DNA of 64,000 nucleotides from a virus (IMGVR_UViG_3300045146_000214:17447-81446), one strand, 5' to 3'; positions 40,501 to 51,206 are shown, numbered from the stretch's first letter. Program-made: numbers and translations. Notes: a model not told the origin generated them from the sequence alone.

Positions 40501-43500
40501 TAATGATGCGGCAAATTTAATTGAGTCTCATAGAATTAATATCAATCAAAATATAATAGAGGCATATGATAATCTGTTCTTCACGAAATTTACGGATAGC
40601 ACATTTTATCGTGAATATATTGGAACAGCGACTGCTAAGAAATATGTGGTTCCATCAATTGTTGGCACATATACATTTTGGGATTTAGGCAAGTCGGTAA
40701 ATAATGTTCTGGATAGAGATTATACCTTAACCTTTAAGATTTGTGATGGTGTTAATATGTCTGCCAGCATTAACGGTAATGTTGCCGGACAATCCATAAC
40801 AATACCAAAAGGTCGTTGGTCGCCGGAAGAACTGGTTGACTATATTAATACAATGCGACGAGTTATTGGTGGCGAAGGTTATATTGCGCAAAGCAATAGC
40901 GAATATGCTGACCGTCAGAATGTATGGAAAGTTGAAGCAAAATTGATGAACGTTAAGGGTATTTATGATACTGATGACAAATACATAATTTACTTTGAGC
41001 AGATTTGTGAAAATGAAGATGACACATTAATGCTTGATGGTGACTTTTTAACAGCATTAGGGTGCTCTGGCACTGGCGTATATGGTATATGGGCGTCATA
41101 TACATCGCCACGTTGTAATAATGTTTGGCGTGTTCAAGATTACTGCAATTGGTTGAACTGGAGATCGTTGTGGAAAAAAGTTGATGAAACCGAAACTGTT
41201 TCATATGATCCTGCGGAAGATTGGGATGTGCCGACGTTGGTAGAAGAAACACATTATTATGATAATAGAAATTCTACCGATGCATATTCAATATTACAAT
41301 GGAAAACACTTAATAGTAAATGGTTGGGCGTAGAACGTTGTAATAAGCCATTGACCTTTGATACATTGGAAACATCAAGTGCAACAAGCGTTTTAGGTGA
41401 ACAGATTGATTTATTCTTCAAATTTGAAGATTATACAGTTGCAGGGTCAACAGTGAGTTTTGAGCCACATAAAGGCTTATTCTATTTGTTGCGCGATGTT
41501 ATCTTAAGACATCACGATAAAAAGTATGTTCATGGCGAAGAGCGTAATTATAGTAGTCGTATTACCGCAGATGGCGTCACGGATGATGAAAAGTCAGAAG
41601 CACTGAGTGAGATGAAATATTATGCTGAACGTAGTATTCTTGACAATATTTTTGAAAAGAAAAACACACTAACAGATCGTTGTTTCCATACTATTAAGGG
41701 CAATCCAAGAATTAAGGTGAAAGCATGGCGTGAAGGCACACGGTATGGTAGTGCACGATATGGTGTTTCTAAATATCCAGAATATTATGAAGACTATGTT
41801 GATATTAAAATGTTAGATTTGGACGAAGCAGCAAATCTTATTGAAGATGAAATTCTCAAAACACAACGAATTGACAATGTTGCGCGTGAAATCAGCAAGC
41901 ATTTTCAGTGGTCGGTCAACACAACATATAATGATGTTATTAAACAAGTATTAAAGTTCTATGATTTTTATAATGGGCAGTTTAATACGTGGCGTGGTAG
42001 AGCATTTCGTCTCGGCAGCGGTTGGGACACAGTGTCAGTATCATTAGAGGGCGGTTCGGCTGATATTAACATCACCAATTGTGAAAGCGATTGGCGTGAA
42101 CCTCCATATTTACCATATGTCGCGTATTTGCTCGGCTGGGATTTCACCGGCGATAAGGACTTCTCATATCTTGACAAGAGCCAATTGATTAAATCATTGG
42201 TGAAAATATACAAAACGAAGGGAACATTTACAGGCATGAATCGTTTGTTCAACATGCTTGGCATGGTGACGACAATTGATGAGCTATACCGTTCTTTTCC
42301 TCTCAATGGCGACTTTAATTTGCTTAATAAAGAGAATATTAATAAGGCGCAAAATTGTCTATATGACACAAAGCCATTTACCAGCGTCTTTTTACCGGAT
42401 TTCTATAAGAACGAAGAAGGGCGTATTCTCTTGAGTGATATATTACTTGCCCTTGGCTATTCCAAAGATGACATTATCAATGACAACGTAGACTTTGATG
42501 AGTTTATTGCTAAAGTTCGAGAATATCCAGCAATAAAGAATTATTTACTGGTGTTTGCCAATAATGAAGATTACCGCCATGATGGTAAGTGGTATCTCAA
42601 CAAGTCAAATCGAGTTCGTTTGGATATGCAAATGGCGTTTTGGCAACCGTTGACGGATAGAAAAATAAATACCATCAATTATTTCGTTGATTTTATGAAA
42701 CCGGTGCATGTGTTGTATGAAACAAAGAAAATATCAACACCGCGCATTACGGAAAAACCTTATGATGTTAAATTAGGAAAGGCCATAGTAGAGAATATTG
42801 ATATAAACATTAATGCACCAGCAGAAGATAAGTTTAATTATCTAATGCGATTAGATGGAAGAGTATTCCATAGTAGACGAGATCATTTAAATAGTGTTGA
42901 CCGCGCCGCAAAAGATACTGCTACAAAATATCAGGAATTAAGGCTTAATACATGTTCATCAGTTGTTTCAGCACATGAGTTATTTGATTTTAGTGTTGTT
43001 GATGACAAGAAGATTAAGTTTTTACTACATAATGGTAAACAATATTTCAACGTCAATACGTCTGTTGCAGAACCAGCATATTATTATAAGAGATTTGGCA
43101 TAGCATATGATGCTTCTGGAAAATTTAGAGTGCCATCTAAGGGAATTTTCTATATTACACTAAATAATATTAAGGTAGAGATAACTAATAGTGATGTTGT
43201 TGAGCGGGGCTATAAAACAGCCGAATTAGCAACAGCATTGTATGAAAAAGCCATTGAACTTGGTTTAACAAAATTCTGGTTTACGTCGGATGAAACAAAA
43301 CGAGAGATTATTATACACTCTCTTACCCCATTTACATTAGGTGCATTTTATCCGACAACATCGCTTGATTATTCTGCCGATGGTGAAAATACCAGCCATT
43401 TCACTGGTTACGTGTCTTTACTAAATATTCAATTTAATGAAAACGGACTATACCGAGCTTTTGCAACACCAGATACGTTTAATATTGTGCTGGCAAATAA

Positions 43501-46500
43501 ACAAACTGGCAGCGAAACAAGCATTACTGTTGAAATGCCAAAAATTGTCTCTGAAACATTCCTTCAAGACGGTGTTCAGGTTACTTACAACAAAGAGCTT
43601 TATGCCATGTCTGATATTGCCGCGTATTTCGATAAACAACTGGTGGCATATCAAAGGCATTATCAACTTTGGTCATTCATGGTTATTGACGAGTCCGGTG
43701 CTTACTTCGACTTTATCTCTTATAGTGATACTAATGATGTTGATAGAATTGAGTTGATAACCGCGCAAAGTATATCAATATTAAACAACAACGACATTAG
43801 CAGAAACTTAGGATGCTATAGCGGTCAATGGATAAATGGCGTTATATGGACTGCGGAAATGTTTTCTGAATGGCTGTTGGCAACTGTGTTTAACGTTGTT
43901 GTTAATGGTCAATATGCTGAATATAGAAATTACACAATAGACGACATTCGCACCAAGGTATTTAATGCGTTTACCCATGAAGTTGACAATATGAATTGTA
44001 GTAGAATGGCTACAATTGGTGGATGGTCATTGCATTTTGAAATGAACGATATGTTTGCGTATATGGATTGGCAATCATACCATTCGCGCCCACACCATTC
44101 GTTTATGATTGATAATGATTATAATGATAGTGAAAACACAACTGCGGCAACGTTATATTACAACAATCAAATGATGTATGAAAACAATGCCGACAATGTG
44201 CAAAGAGTTATTAATGATGCAGTTGGTGAAGGTAATGAGTCTTATACAATGTTGTTAAGGCCAACACCCAATGCGAATAATGTTGGTGATTATAGTAGAA
44301 TTTCACGTTTTGGGAAAATAGGCGAGGATAGAGTTCCTTATGGTGTAGATAGTTGTCCAAAAGAAAAATATGGCATTAATCTTCTACCAAATTCGTTACC
44401 GCTAGAATGGTTTGTTGAGTATGAAACAAATCCACAAACGCGAGCAAATCAAAGCTGGAGTTATGCGCGCCTTGATGGTATTCCTTATTATTGCAAAACT
44501 CCTTCGTTTGCCACACCATTTTATTATGAAGTAAAAGTTTCCGGCGACATCAGCAATAACGAAGCAACAGAATTGCGTGAATTAAATCCTCCTCTTGAGA
44601 TAACCAACAGCAACAACAAATTGTTTTTTGACATCTATGTTGACAATGAGTTAATACGTGATGTTGTCGTATTTGTTCGTAGTGGTGTTTATACCAACCT
44701 ATATGACTTACGTGAAGCAATTCAAAACGCACTTGATGTTTATATCAATCGTCCTTATGGTCTTTCCGGTAAAAACGTCGGCAAAATATCTGCCATAGAG
44801 TCGTATTCACGTAATCGCCATAATATGAGCGATACATTTATTAAGCGATTAATGTTGTCATTGGAAAATAATGGTATGTATAAGCTCTTGCCGAAGGAGT
44901 CGTGTATAATTGAGACATCCATTGCAACATTTAGTGCACACAACAGCACAAATACGGTAATACAGATAAATCCAATACAGTTAGTGGATATGTTAAACAG
45001 TGGCGTTGAATATAAGAATGGCCAAAGTGGTAAGCAGATATATCTAACATATCGTGCTTTGTCGGATGGTGATTTTATTGAAATAGTCGCCAATGAAGAT
45101 TTTACGTTATTGTCATATCCGGTCATTAACAATGTTACTGGTAGCTATGTCATTCCAATTGAAATAACATCGGAGTCAACAGTTATTGTAGACCCGCAGA
45201 AGAAAAGGTTGTCAATACAGATGGTTGATGGTGTGTTTAAAATTCTTCCTGCCGAGAGTGTTGGGTTCACTACAAATGCTGGCGAGTCATGTTATGAAAA
45301 TACCAGCAGTTTAATGGAAACACTGTCGCCACAACAATTGTATAATAAGCTGGTAATGAATAAAACAGCAACAATCGGTATGGAGTTTGTTGAGCATGAC
45401 GGTGAGTATTTTATTGATATTATTGCCAATGCTACAAATACACTGACATTAACATCATATACAACAGTCAACAAAACAACACAATGTTATTTGGCAGAGG
45501 CACCTATAGTAAACTTTTCCAAGAGTTTGTTGTATACCTATATTTTTGATCGAAGCATATCGTTCGAGTCTCTTGGCACGAATTTCACTATTAAGACAGA
45601 TGCAGAAGATGGTTCGGCTGCAACACTATTCCCATATCTGTTTAGACGTTATAGCTTTGTCAGAAATGATGCAAACTTTACTGCACAATCAGACTATTAT
45701 GTATATAATAAAGATGTGGTTGCAATTAAACAGTCAAATCGAAACCTCTTCCGTGTGGATGGTTTTGTCTATGATGATAAGCGTTGGTTTAAACTATGGG
45801 GTATTGATGACACCAGAGAAAGTATGGCATATGAGTTAAGACCACGCGGCTTTCATTTGGCGCAAACAACATATCCTGAAGAAGATGGTTATGCAAAGCT
45901 ACCAGATACAACTTATTACGAAGAGCAATTTCTGGTGATAGGCACAAGCAGTGATGATGGTAAATTTACGATACCACCCGCAGAAGGTCGTCGGCTTGCA
46001 TTTGATATATTCGTCAAAAATGGTGAAAGTAACTTTATTGAAGTGTATAATAACACACCAACAGTAATGCGCTTAACGTTGTTTGAGTTGGCAGATTTGA
46101 TGCAAGAACAATTCAATTCTGGTGTTAAATATGTTGATAGCGATGGCGATGAAGTTATTAATGGATTTGCATGTGGTATGTTTTCTGTTACCGCCAATCG
46201 CTATACAGATTATCAAGGTATGCCACAAGCGCAACCTTCTATTGTTATACGCTCATCAATTAGTTGGTCGGTATGTGAAGAAGCAGGCAATCCGTTTAAT
46301 TTGAGTGGAAAACAATATCAATCATATGCTGATGTAAGTAAGAGCACTATATTAAGCCCGAATAACATTACTGGTGACTATATGATTTGGGTGAATAGAG
46401 CCAAGAACAATACGTCGTTTCCAAATGGCATACCATCATTGGGTGGCGAAGTGAGACCATTTGGTGTGCTGTCATGGTCAAGCACAGAAGAGAATGCGCT

Positions 46501-49129
46501 GTCTGATGATAATTTCTGGTATTACAACGAAGAAGAAACACCGAGAGTTGGGTGTAGGCATGAAGTTTCTTTGATCTATGATAATAGACAATTAATTGGA
46601 GATACATATCAATATTCATTTAAGAATTTTTCATTTGATTATAAAACATACGATAAGCAAACAGCAACGATTTCTACGGGAACATATACGTATAGTGGAG
46701 AACCTTCACATAAAACTGCGGTAGAAATAATAAGTTTAATTAAACAGGGTTTAGCGGCAGACACAAATATTGATGTTTCTGCATTGGTTGATATAGTAGC
46801 AACCCATAGATATGTTGTTGTTTTAAACAATGCCTATACTGAAAATACAACTACTATTATACGAGAAATATTCTATAAGACAGTGCAACGAGAAATAGTT
46901 GACCCGATTTACAAGTATGTTTCACAAGGTAATCCAATTAAGATAAAGACATTACCAATACGTAGTGATAGAGGCAATACTTCAATTGGCGGCAGTGGTG
47001 GCTCAACAACGGTCGGCGGTGGAGATGATAGATTTCGCGGTGGTGCTGGTGGCAATCCACCACCAAGCGCACAAAGGCCGGTTAGAAATCCTGGTTTATC
47101 GCCAGTTATAATATTTCCAAAACCGAAACCCAAGCCAATCATTATTGAGTCAATAGAAGAATATATTAAAGAAACTATACAACAAGATGGAACAATCGTT
47201 TTGCGTAAACGAGACTACCAATACTTTGAAATTGTAAAAAGCACTATGGTAAATTGCTCTTTATACCGTGAGACATACACTTATGATGAAGAAAGCGAGT
47301 ATAATAGAGTTGGCTTCTTTAGAAAACCTTCATATTGGCGAGACTATTATTCAACGCTATTAGACGGTGAAAGTGTGCGTTTTGATTATCGTGATTTAGA
47401 CCCGCACTTTGCCAGCAAGGACTTTAACATTTATGATAGAGGTGTTGCAGCAACAAAATATGATATTCGCACAAAAGATAATGGCAGAAGAAAGTGGTGG
47501 TGGAGTGATTTCAGAACAGTAGAACCAGGCACAGATAGTGGTTTTAATGAAGCATCGCCAATTACTAAATGTTCATATTTTCCGAATAGTGGTTTTCGAA
47601 TTTGGTATGCTGATAACAATGATGATCCAAAATTAAAATTGGTTGATTGTGTTGATGCTTCAAGCTCCAAGGTTGTCAAGAAATATAGTTCAGGTGTTGA
47701 TTATGTTCATATAAAGTTGCGCGACACAATTAAAAACTTCTTTGTTCCACACTTTAGATTAAATATTGAGCAAGTTATCGTAAAAGATGGTGGAACAACA
47801 AAAGTATATCCACCACAATCAGTTGGTGTGCTGAGAATACCGCCGAACAGCAAATATACACTGGTGTTTAAATTGCCGACTACTGTTAATGAAACAGATG
47901 ATATTACCACAAATTATATTGAGATTGTCAATAACCATACGGCAAATTATCGTGAAATGACGCTGGAAGACATTGTGTTGGACATGAATTTATGCTTTAG
48001 TGCGTGGAAGTCGGCCAATGATACCAACAAAAACGTGTATTTCTATAATAAAGGCAACAAGATTATCAATAAGAGTGCAGCAAATCAATTGCGTGTTGCG
48101 ATTATAGATATGCCTAACATTGGAAGAGTAATTGCATTTGTTAAATGTCCAAAAGACAACTTTAAGATTTATGTTCACGAAAGCAGTTTATTGAACAGTA
48201 AAAACAATTCATATTTCGAATACAACCCACCTATGGATGATGGTATGATACCTTCGAAATATCTTAAAGAAACTAAGTTCAATACCTTTATGATGGGGTT
48301 CTGTTGCGTTCCAAAATATCGAGAAGTAACTATTGGTTCCAACGACATATATGCGAATACTGACACTATACTTGAAGCGCAATTTTTAAGATGGAGTTTA
48401 ATAGGAACAAAGTTGCCTCCATATAATGTAGCAGATAAAGAATTAAAGGTCTGTATTTACAAGAGTATTGCTTCTGAAAAATTCAGTGTGCCATATATTT
48501 ACACAATTAATTTTGATCGTAACTTTATGACACATGAAGATATTTGTTCGTATATTAATGTGAAAATGAAAGCAATTAATGATGAGGCTATTAATGCTGG
48601 TATACGCGCAACAGCAATAACCAATAATGAAAGTCAAGAAACAGAGGTTTTGACAACGCCATTAGTGCCTTTTGTTCGACCAAATCGTTATGGTTATATA
48701 CAAGTGTGGAGTCCGTCATATTTCGCATTTTTAGAGTCAACTGCATTACCATATCTTGGTTTTGAGGCATATGAAGAAATTCGCTATTCGTTTGGAGAAT
48801 TTAAACAAGAGAAATGGTCGGAAATGAGCTTGCAACAACGTGCAGAGACATATACAGACGGGTTACGAGGACTTGAAATATATGCAAGTCCAATCTCGCC
48901 ACAAGCAAAGAACGATAGACCAACAGACTTGTATATTATCAAAGATGAAACAGTTTTTGTTCCGTATAAAGCGTATTCTGTTGTGCTGCAATCTGATTTC
49001 TTTAGAAAGGACAATACAAGATGGTGGAACAATAATTTGAACATTATACCTCGCTTACGTGAGCCATATGAAGTATATACTGCAACAGTTCCATTCTATT
49101 GTGAGTATTTTGGCGTTGAAGCTGGTTAA
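37517..49129 (+). CDS. Giant baseplate wedge protein (gp7/gpI-like core) with many repeated domains
   Basis: 3870 aa; central YLPYVAYLLGWDF...LIKSLVKIYKTKGT..GM..LF..LG and FMKPVHV typical of gpI/gp7; follows gp6. Confidence 0.75.
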   Translation: MDTTDKNNVYSKLGFFEQNIFQYVPIQDANFIEEKTNLLKSFLQRAGFNLDNTVVDVESIQRFYWLDDNYSNALRNATFREENEQFRHWTTFTDYSLSDYYDYSYVEQQEKPNAVLEEKFYSNIMSNIDVEQYLKFNVLLNAEIDKGIITTLNHNSDEYGVYIQEGSNQGKEETYSFDEILNIVRREYLEVGTSVFVTRLQEGSKGTKGNISTIHFNRVDSGFYIYIGFLKNILGSNDAVLTFLKQISNVDSSHQPYMARQTLIDYFKVLEDKYVVIRNAVEKFGINYKESFNAVCGEELNDLGDALRAGEINDSQYKHLQDEILKKYSDENEFFSTNVITTVDDYNKAPYVIKSAIRTLYTNSLAYTQSLNPNADSYYYDTVTAITNEEKIYTLLPEDVDAIKNGRIYVFPNLAYANTIILNKNLTPTISNDDIDVLNLDAAQVGELITEIEGNSINPYKVAMDNGEYQKCYFSVANDHAVGAKQIARFQRHVTDVRLNYIVNVEPIVFTYNTTDDVYALLVDNTRLGRDISVDQFVTKERMNSSEEIICDLYNEKHRSVNNTYILYARQNIPNNKVGLDKIRNSIGWSSFDSPWRKQSDGTPYTDWYEEIEWVENPLSYKFSMNDTVFSFNILEPYPGTDNICRAITQAINGDGDTLYAVYGITCLATNDGLLYFIGNDEMTLKRVNDEAGYRFWENLGFTRFKIGAWQKPNNYYAVESTQNLAYPMDKKWSMIVDVNDTTIILNGAIDLATKTALSNSDEKYNLFDKTVEDLTTAKLRITEEPYTVEVLNAYHTAFVADIQKQLDDQYNKKDGVELENSKRINVYRVPDTNFTIGIESYNQPFFIKAYDNKGDGLTSWRNLYFDNILYSEINDDVYSYETWINTDLNKTAYRYDYRELIAKQSISDAPDDSAVLHDNYFYFTCNVNTTENFSLIVPRRWMLPKYSIISEALPDDLSTARGDIVFYKYTPSDVTATTKSSIQYWTEGNNSLCFNDAANLIESHRININQNIIEAYDNLFFTKFTDSTFYREYIGTATAKKYVVPSIVGTYTFWDLGKSVNNVLDRDYTLTFKICDGVNMSASINGNVAGQSITIPKGRWSPEELVDYINTMRRVIGGEGYIAQSNSEYADRQNVWKVEAKLMNVKGIYDTDDKYIIYFEQICENEDDTLMLDGDFLTALGCSGTGVYGIWASYTSPRCNNVWRVQDYCNWLNWRSLWKKVDETETVSYDPAEDWDVPTLVEETHYYDNRNSTDAYSILQWKTLNSKWLGVERCNKPLTFDTLETSSATSVLGEQIDLFFKFEDYTVAGSTVSFEPHKGLFYLLRDVILRHHDKKYVHGEERNYSSRITADGVTDDEKSEALSEMKYYAERSILDNIFEKKNTLTDRCFHTIKGNPRIKVKAWREGTRYGSARYGVSKYPEYYEDYVDIKMLDLDEAANLIEDEILKTQRIDNVAREISKHFQWSVNTTYNDVIKQVLKFYDFYNGQFNTWRGRAFRLGSGWDTVSVSLEGGSADINITNCESDWREPPYLPYVAYLLGWDFTGDKDFSYLDKSQLIKSLVKIYKTKGTFTGMNRLFNMLGMVTTIDELYRSFPLNGDFNLLNKENINKAQNCLYDTKPFTSVFLPDFYKNEEGRILLSDILLALGYSKDDIINDNVDFDEFIAKVREYPAIKNYLLVFANNEDYRHDGKWYLNKSNRVRLDMQMAFWQPLTDRKINTINYFVDFMKPVHVLYETKKISTPRITEKPYDVKLGKAIVENIDININAPAEDKFNYLMRLDGRVFHSRRDHLNSVDRAAKDTATKYQELRLNTCSSVVSAHELFDFSVVDDKKIKFLLHNGKQYFNVNTSVAEPAYYYKRFGIAYDASGKFRVPSKGIFYITLNNIKVEITNSDVVERGYKTAELATALYEKAIELGLTKFWFTSDETKREIIIHSLTPFTLGAFYPTTSLDYSADGENTSHFTGYVSLLNIQFNENGLYRAFATPDTFNIVLANKQTGSETSITVEMPKIVSETFLQDGVQVTYNKELYAMSDIAAYFDKQLVAYQRHYQLWSFMVIDESGAYFDFISYSDTNDVDRIELITAQSISILNNNDISRNLGCYSGQWINGVIWTAEMFSEWLLATVFNVVVNGQYAEYRNYTIDDIRTKVFNAFTHEVDNMNCSRMATIGGWSLHFEMNDMFAYMDWQSYHSRPHHSFMIDNDYNDSENTTAATLYYNNQMMYENNADNVQRVINDAVGEGNESYTMLLRPTPNANNVGDYSRISRFGKIGEDRVPYGVDSCPKEKYGINLLPNSLPLEWFVEYETNPQTRANQSWSYARLDGIPYYCKTPSFATPFYYEVKVSGDISNNEATELRELNPPLEITNSNNKLFFDIYVDNELIRDVVVFVRSGVYTNLYDLREAIQNALDVYINRPYGLSGKNVGKISAIESYSRNRHNMSDTFIKRLMLSLENNGMYKLLPKESCIIETSIATFSAHNSTNTVIQINPIQLVDMLNSGVEYKNGQSGKQIYLTYRALSDGDFIEIVANEDFTLLSYPVINNVTGSYVIPIEITSESTVIVDPQKKRLSIQMVDGVFKILPAESVGFTTNAGESCYENTSSLMETLSPQQLYNKLVMNKTATIGMEFVEHDGEYFIDIIANATNTLTLTSYTTVNKTTQCYLAEAPIVNFSKSLLYTYIFDRSISFESLGTNFTIKTDAEDGSAATLFPYLFRRYSFVRNDANFTAQSDYYVYNKDVVAIKQSNRNLFRVDGFVYDDKRWFKLWGIDDTRESMAYELRPRGFHLAQTTYPEEDGYAKLPDTTYYEEQFLVIGTSSDDGKFTIPPAEGRRLAFDIFVKNGESNFIEVYNNTPTVMRLTLFELADLMQEQFNSGVKYVDSDGDEVINGFACGMFSVTANRYTDYQGMPQAQPSIVIRSSISWSVCEEAGNPFNLSGKQYQSYADVSKSTILSPNNITGDYMIWVNRAKNNTSFPNGIPSLGGEVRPFGVLSWSSTEENALSDDNFWYYNEEETPRVGCRHEVSLIYDNRQLIGDTYQYSFKNFSFDYKTYDKQTATISTGTYTYSGEPSHKTAVEIISLIKQGLAADTNIDVSALVDIVATHRYVVVLNNAYTENTTTIIREIFYKTVQREIVDPIYKYVSQGNPIKIKTLPIRSDRGNTSIGGSGGSTTVGGGDDRFRGGAGGNPPPSAQRPVRNPGLSPVIIFPKPKPKPIIIESIEEYIKETIQQDGTIVLRKRDYQYFEIVKSTMVNCSLYRETYTYDEESEYNRVGFFRKPSYWRDYYSTLLDGESVRFDYRDLDPHFASKDFNIYDRGVAATKYDIRTKDNGRRKWWWSDFRTVEPGTDSGFNEASPITKCSYFPNSGFRIWYADNNDDPKLKLVDCVDASSSKVVKKYSSGVDYVHIKLRDTIKNFFVPHFRLNIEQVIVKDGGTTKVYPPQSVGVLRIPPNSKYTLVFKLPTTVNETDDITTNYIEIVNNHTANYREMTLEDIVLDMNLCFSAWKSANDTNKNVYFYNKGNKIINKSAANQLRVAIIDMPNIGRVIAFVKCPKDNFKIYVHESSLLNSKNNSYFEYNPPMDDGMIPSKYLKETKFNTFMMGFCCVPKYREVTIGSNDIYANTDTILEAQFLRWSLIGTKLPPYNVADKELKVCIYKSIASEKFSVPYIYTINFDRNFMTHEDICSYINVKMKAINDEAINAGIRATAITNNESQETEVLTTPLVPFVRPNRYGYIQVWSPSYFAFLESTALPYLGFEAYEEIRYSFGEFKQEKWSEMSLQQRAETYTDGLRGLEIYASPISPQAKNDRPTDLYIIKDETVFVPYKAYSVVLQSDFFRKDNTRWWNNNLNIIPRLREPYEVYTATVPFYCEYFGVEAG

Positions 49130-49155
49130 ATAAAATTATTAAAATATGTGTAATG

Positions 49156-49165
49156 TCGTATATTT
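49156..49165 (+). promoter_or_regulatory. Candidate late promoter motif TCGTATATTT
   Basis: Intergenic copy ~25 nt upstream of the ATG at 49190. Confidence 0.5.
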
Positions 49166-49189
49166 TACAAACTATATAAGGAATTAACT

Positions 49190-50164
49190 ATGGATTTATC
49201 TGAAAAAATAGGCGTTAGGGGAGAGGTTAAAATAGAGGAATTTAACGCTGACGGTAAAAAGACGAATGAGTGGTTGCTGAAAAACTGCATCATGGATTAT
49301 GGTCGTTGTATTTTGCCGCTAGTGCTGGCTGGTCCATCTGCATTGCCAGCAAATTTTCCTGGTCGGACTGTTCCCTATGTCTCAAAGGTTAAATACGGAT
49401 TTGGAAGGCCATTAGGCGCAGGCGCAACAGAAAATACAGACAACAAAGGCATAACCGAGAAATTTAAGAATGTTGTTGATCCAGATGGTGCGTTGTCCTC
49501 GGATATTAATGTTGCAGAAACAGATGCTGGTTCTGCGATATGCACCGTTGCCAGTGATGTTCTGCAAGGTCAAGAACAATCAATTCAAAGTGTTGCTCCC
49601 TATTATTTACGCTTACGTGCGGGGCTACACAAACCTTATACATTTCAGCTTTCAGAAAACTCACCGTTTAATCCAGAACTCATTCGTGGCAATACAGAAT
49701 TCGATGGAAGGTGGGTTAATCCATTTCGCCCAATTGAACTTCAAGAATATGCGTCGGGATACCAGAAGAACTTTCCGCTTCCTCCACAGTCTGTTATTAA
49801 CAACGAAGAGTATTACTGGTATGGAGGAGCAACACCATCAAGTGCCGACGATTTAGTTGAAGATTTGAAAAATAATCTTCCACAATTTGGTGAATTTGAA
49901 TGGAGCGTAACGTTTAAATCGTTCTTAGACGCATCCGCAAGAGTAGTTGAAACAGTTGACAATAATCAGTTTGTGTCCGATGATGGACTTTCATTTGATA
50001 TTAATGAAATTGGACTTTTTTCAGATTTCACCAGAACAGATAATTGGGTAACATTGAATAACCGCTCTTATCCATTAAATCCTATGCTGGCAATGCGCTA
50101 TACACCAACTATTAGAAAAAAGAGATTGTTTAGCTTGCAGATTTCTTGGTCTATTATATTCTAA
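49190..50164 (+). CDS. Baseplate/tail-collar fibre attachment protein
   Basis: GVRGEVKI...KNCIMDYGR N-terminus; INEIGLFS...MLAMRYTPTIRK...LQISWSIIF C-terminus typical of collar/fibre-anchor proteins. Confidence 0.65.
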   Translation: MDLSEKIGVRGEVKIEEFNADGKKTNEWLLKNCIMDYGRCILPLVLAGPSALPANFPGRTVPYVSKVKYGFGRPLGAGATENTDNKGITEKFKNVVDPDGALSSDINVAETDAGSAICTVASDVLQGQEQSIQSVAPYYLRLRAGLHKPYTFQLSENSPFNPELIRGNTEFDGRWVNPFRPIELQEYASGYQKNFPLPPQSVINNEEYYWYGGATPSSADDLVEDLKNNLPQFGEFEWSVTFKSFLDASARVVETVDNNQFVSDDGLSFDINEIGLFSDFTRTDNWVTLNNRSYPLNPMLAMRYTPTIRKKRLFSLQISWSIIF

Positions 50165-50188
50165 AACAATTTTTGAAAAGGAGATACA

Positions 50189-51190
50189 ATGGCAATTAAT
50201 CAACGTGATGGAATGGTGACGGGTCTTGAAGGAACGCCAATAATGGTTTCTACCAATCGCGGTAAGATACGATTATTTTCAACCGGACCAGCAACAGAAG
50301 GAATACAGGCACTTGTTCCAGCAGATCCAGCAATTCCTGAAACATGGAACCGCGCCTTCAAGCGTTTAGTGTTTAACGATCTTGATGAATTTTTCAGAAA
50401 CACACGAACGTTTAAAATAGAGCGTAATGGCGACAATCGTTATGCCTTTTTTGCGTATGATGCACCGGAACAAGGCACGGCACAAATTCAGCCAACTGTT
50501 GTTTCGTTCGTAAAACCGTTTCATTCTTTCACAAACGTTGGTGAAGGTGTTGGTGCATTTGACACAATGGTATATCTGTCACAATACATCCCTAATAATG
50601 CAAATCTTTGGGGCACATCCAGAGCAGGCGAGGATATAGACGCTGATTTCAATACATCTTCGATTAGTAGCAACTTCTGTTTTGATTTCGGCGTCTCTTC
50701 ATATGAAAGCCCCTTTGTCGAAAGCTCATTTGACGATAATTATAGCTTCAGCAAAACTCCTCAGCCGCGCATTACTATTGCTGGCAAAGGTAAGAATGCA
50801 ACATTTATCAGCGGCTTGGGTCTTAATTTAAGCAATATGTTCGTTGAGTTAAAGGACTTAACGATTGTTGCAAATCCTTGGTTATTTACTGTTGCGCCTA
50901 CCGCAGAATTGATGTTTAATAATGTTAAAATTATTGGCAGTATGAATACCGGATCGGAGTCTTCGCTGCCATATTGTCGTGGAACAGTAGAAATTTCTAA
51001 TGATAATAGCTCTTACACATTGGCGCTTAATAACTTGGCGGCAACAAAACTGCTGTCGTCATCAGCATTTAGTGGTAATGGGTTCTATAGACTAATCGGC
51101 AACACATATCATGAAATAGCATACTGGGGCGACTCAACGGCTCAAGGACGCGCATCATCAACAAATACTGATGTTGGATTAATCGAATAA
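50189..51190 (+). CDS. Tail fibre-related structural protein
   Basis: LVPADPAIPETWNRAFKRLVFND resembles a fibre N-terminal motif; no signal peptide. Confidence 0.5.
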   Translation: MAINQRDGMVTGLEGTPIMVSTNRGKIRLFSTGPATEGIQALVPADPAIPETWNRAFKRLVFNDLDEFFRNTRTFKIERNGDNRYAFFAYDAPEQGTAQIQPTVVSFVKPFHSFTNVGEGVGAFDTMVYLSQYIPNNANLWGTSRAGEDIDADFNTSSISSNFCFDFGVSSYESPFVESSFDDNYSFSKTPQPRITIAGKGKNATFISGLGLNLSNMFVELKDLTIVANPWLFTVAPTAELMFNNVKIIGSMNTGSESSLPYCRGTVEISNDNSSYTLALNNLAATKLLSSSAFSGNGFYRLIGNTYHEIAYWGDSTAQGRASSTNTDVGLIE

Positions 51191-51206
51191 TTCATAAGGA
51201 AAACAA

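Noticed and set aside
32614-49129. Inteins or introns explaining the giant ORFs
   Set aside because: No C/S...HN-C/S/T splice motifs, homing endonuclease signatures or frame breaks were recognised by eye
17813-50164. Bacterial extracellular contractile injection system or tailocin
   Set aside because: Linked to a T4-like replication module (gp32, gp46/47, UvsWXY, gp55-like), which indicates a phage genome
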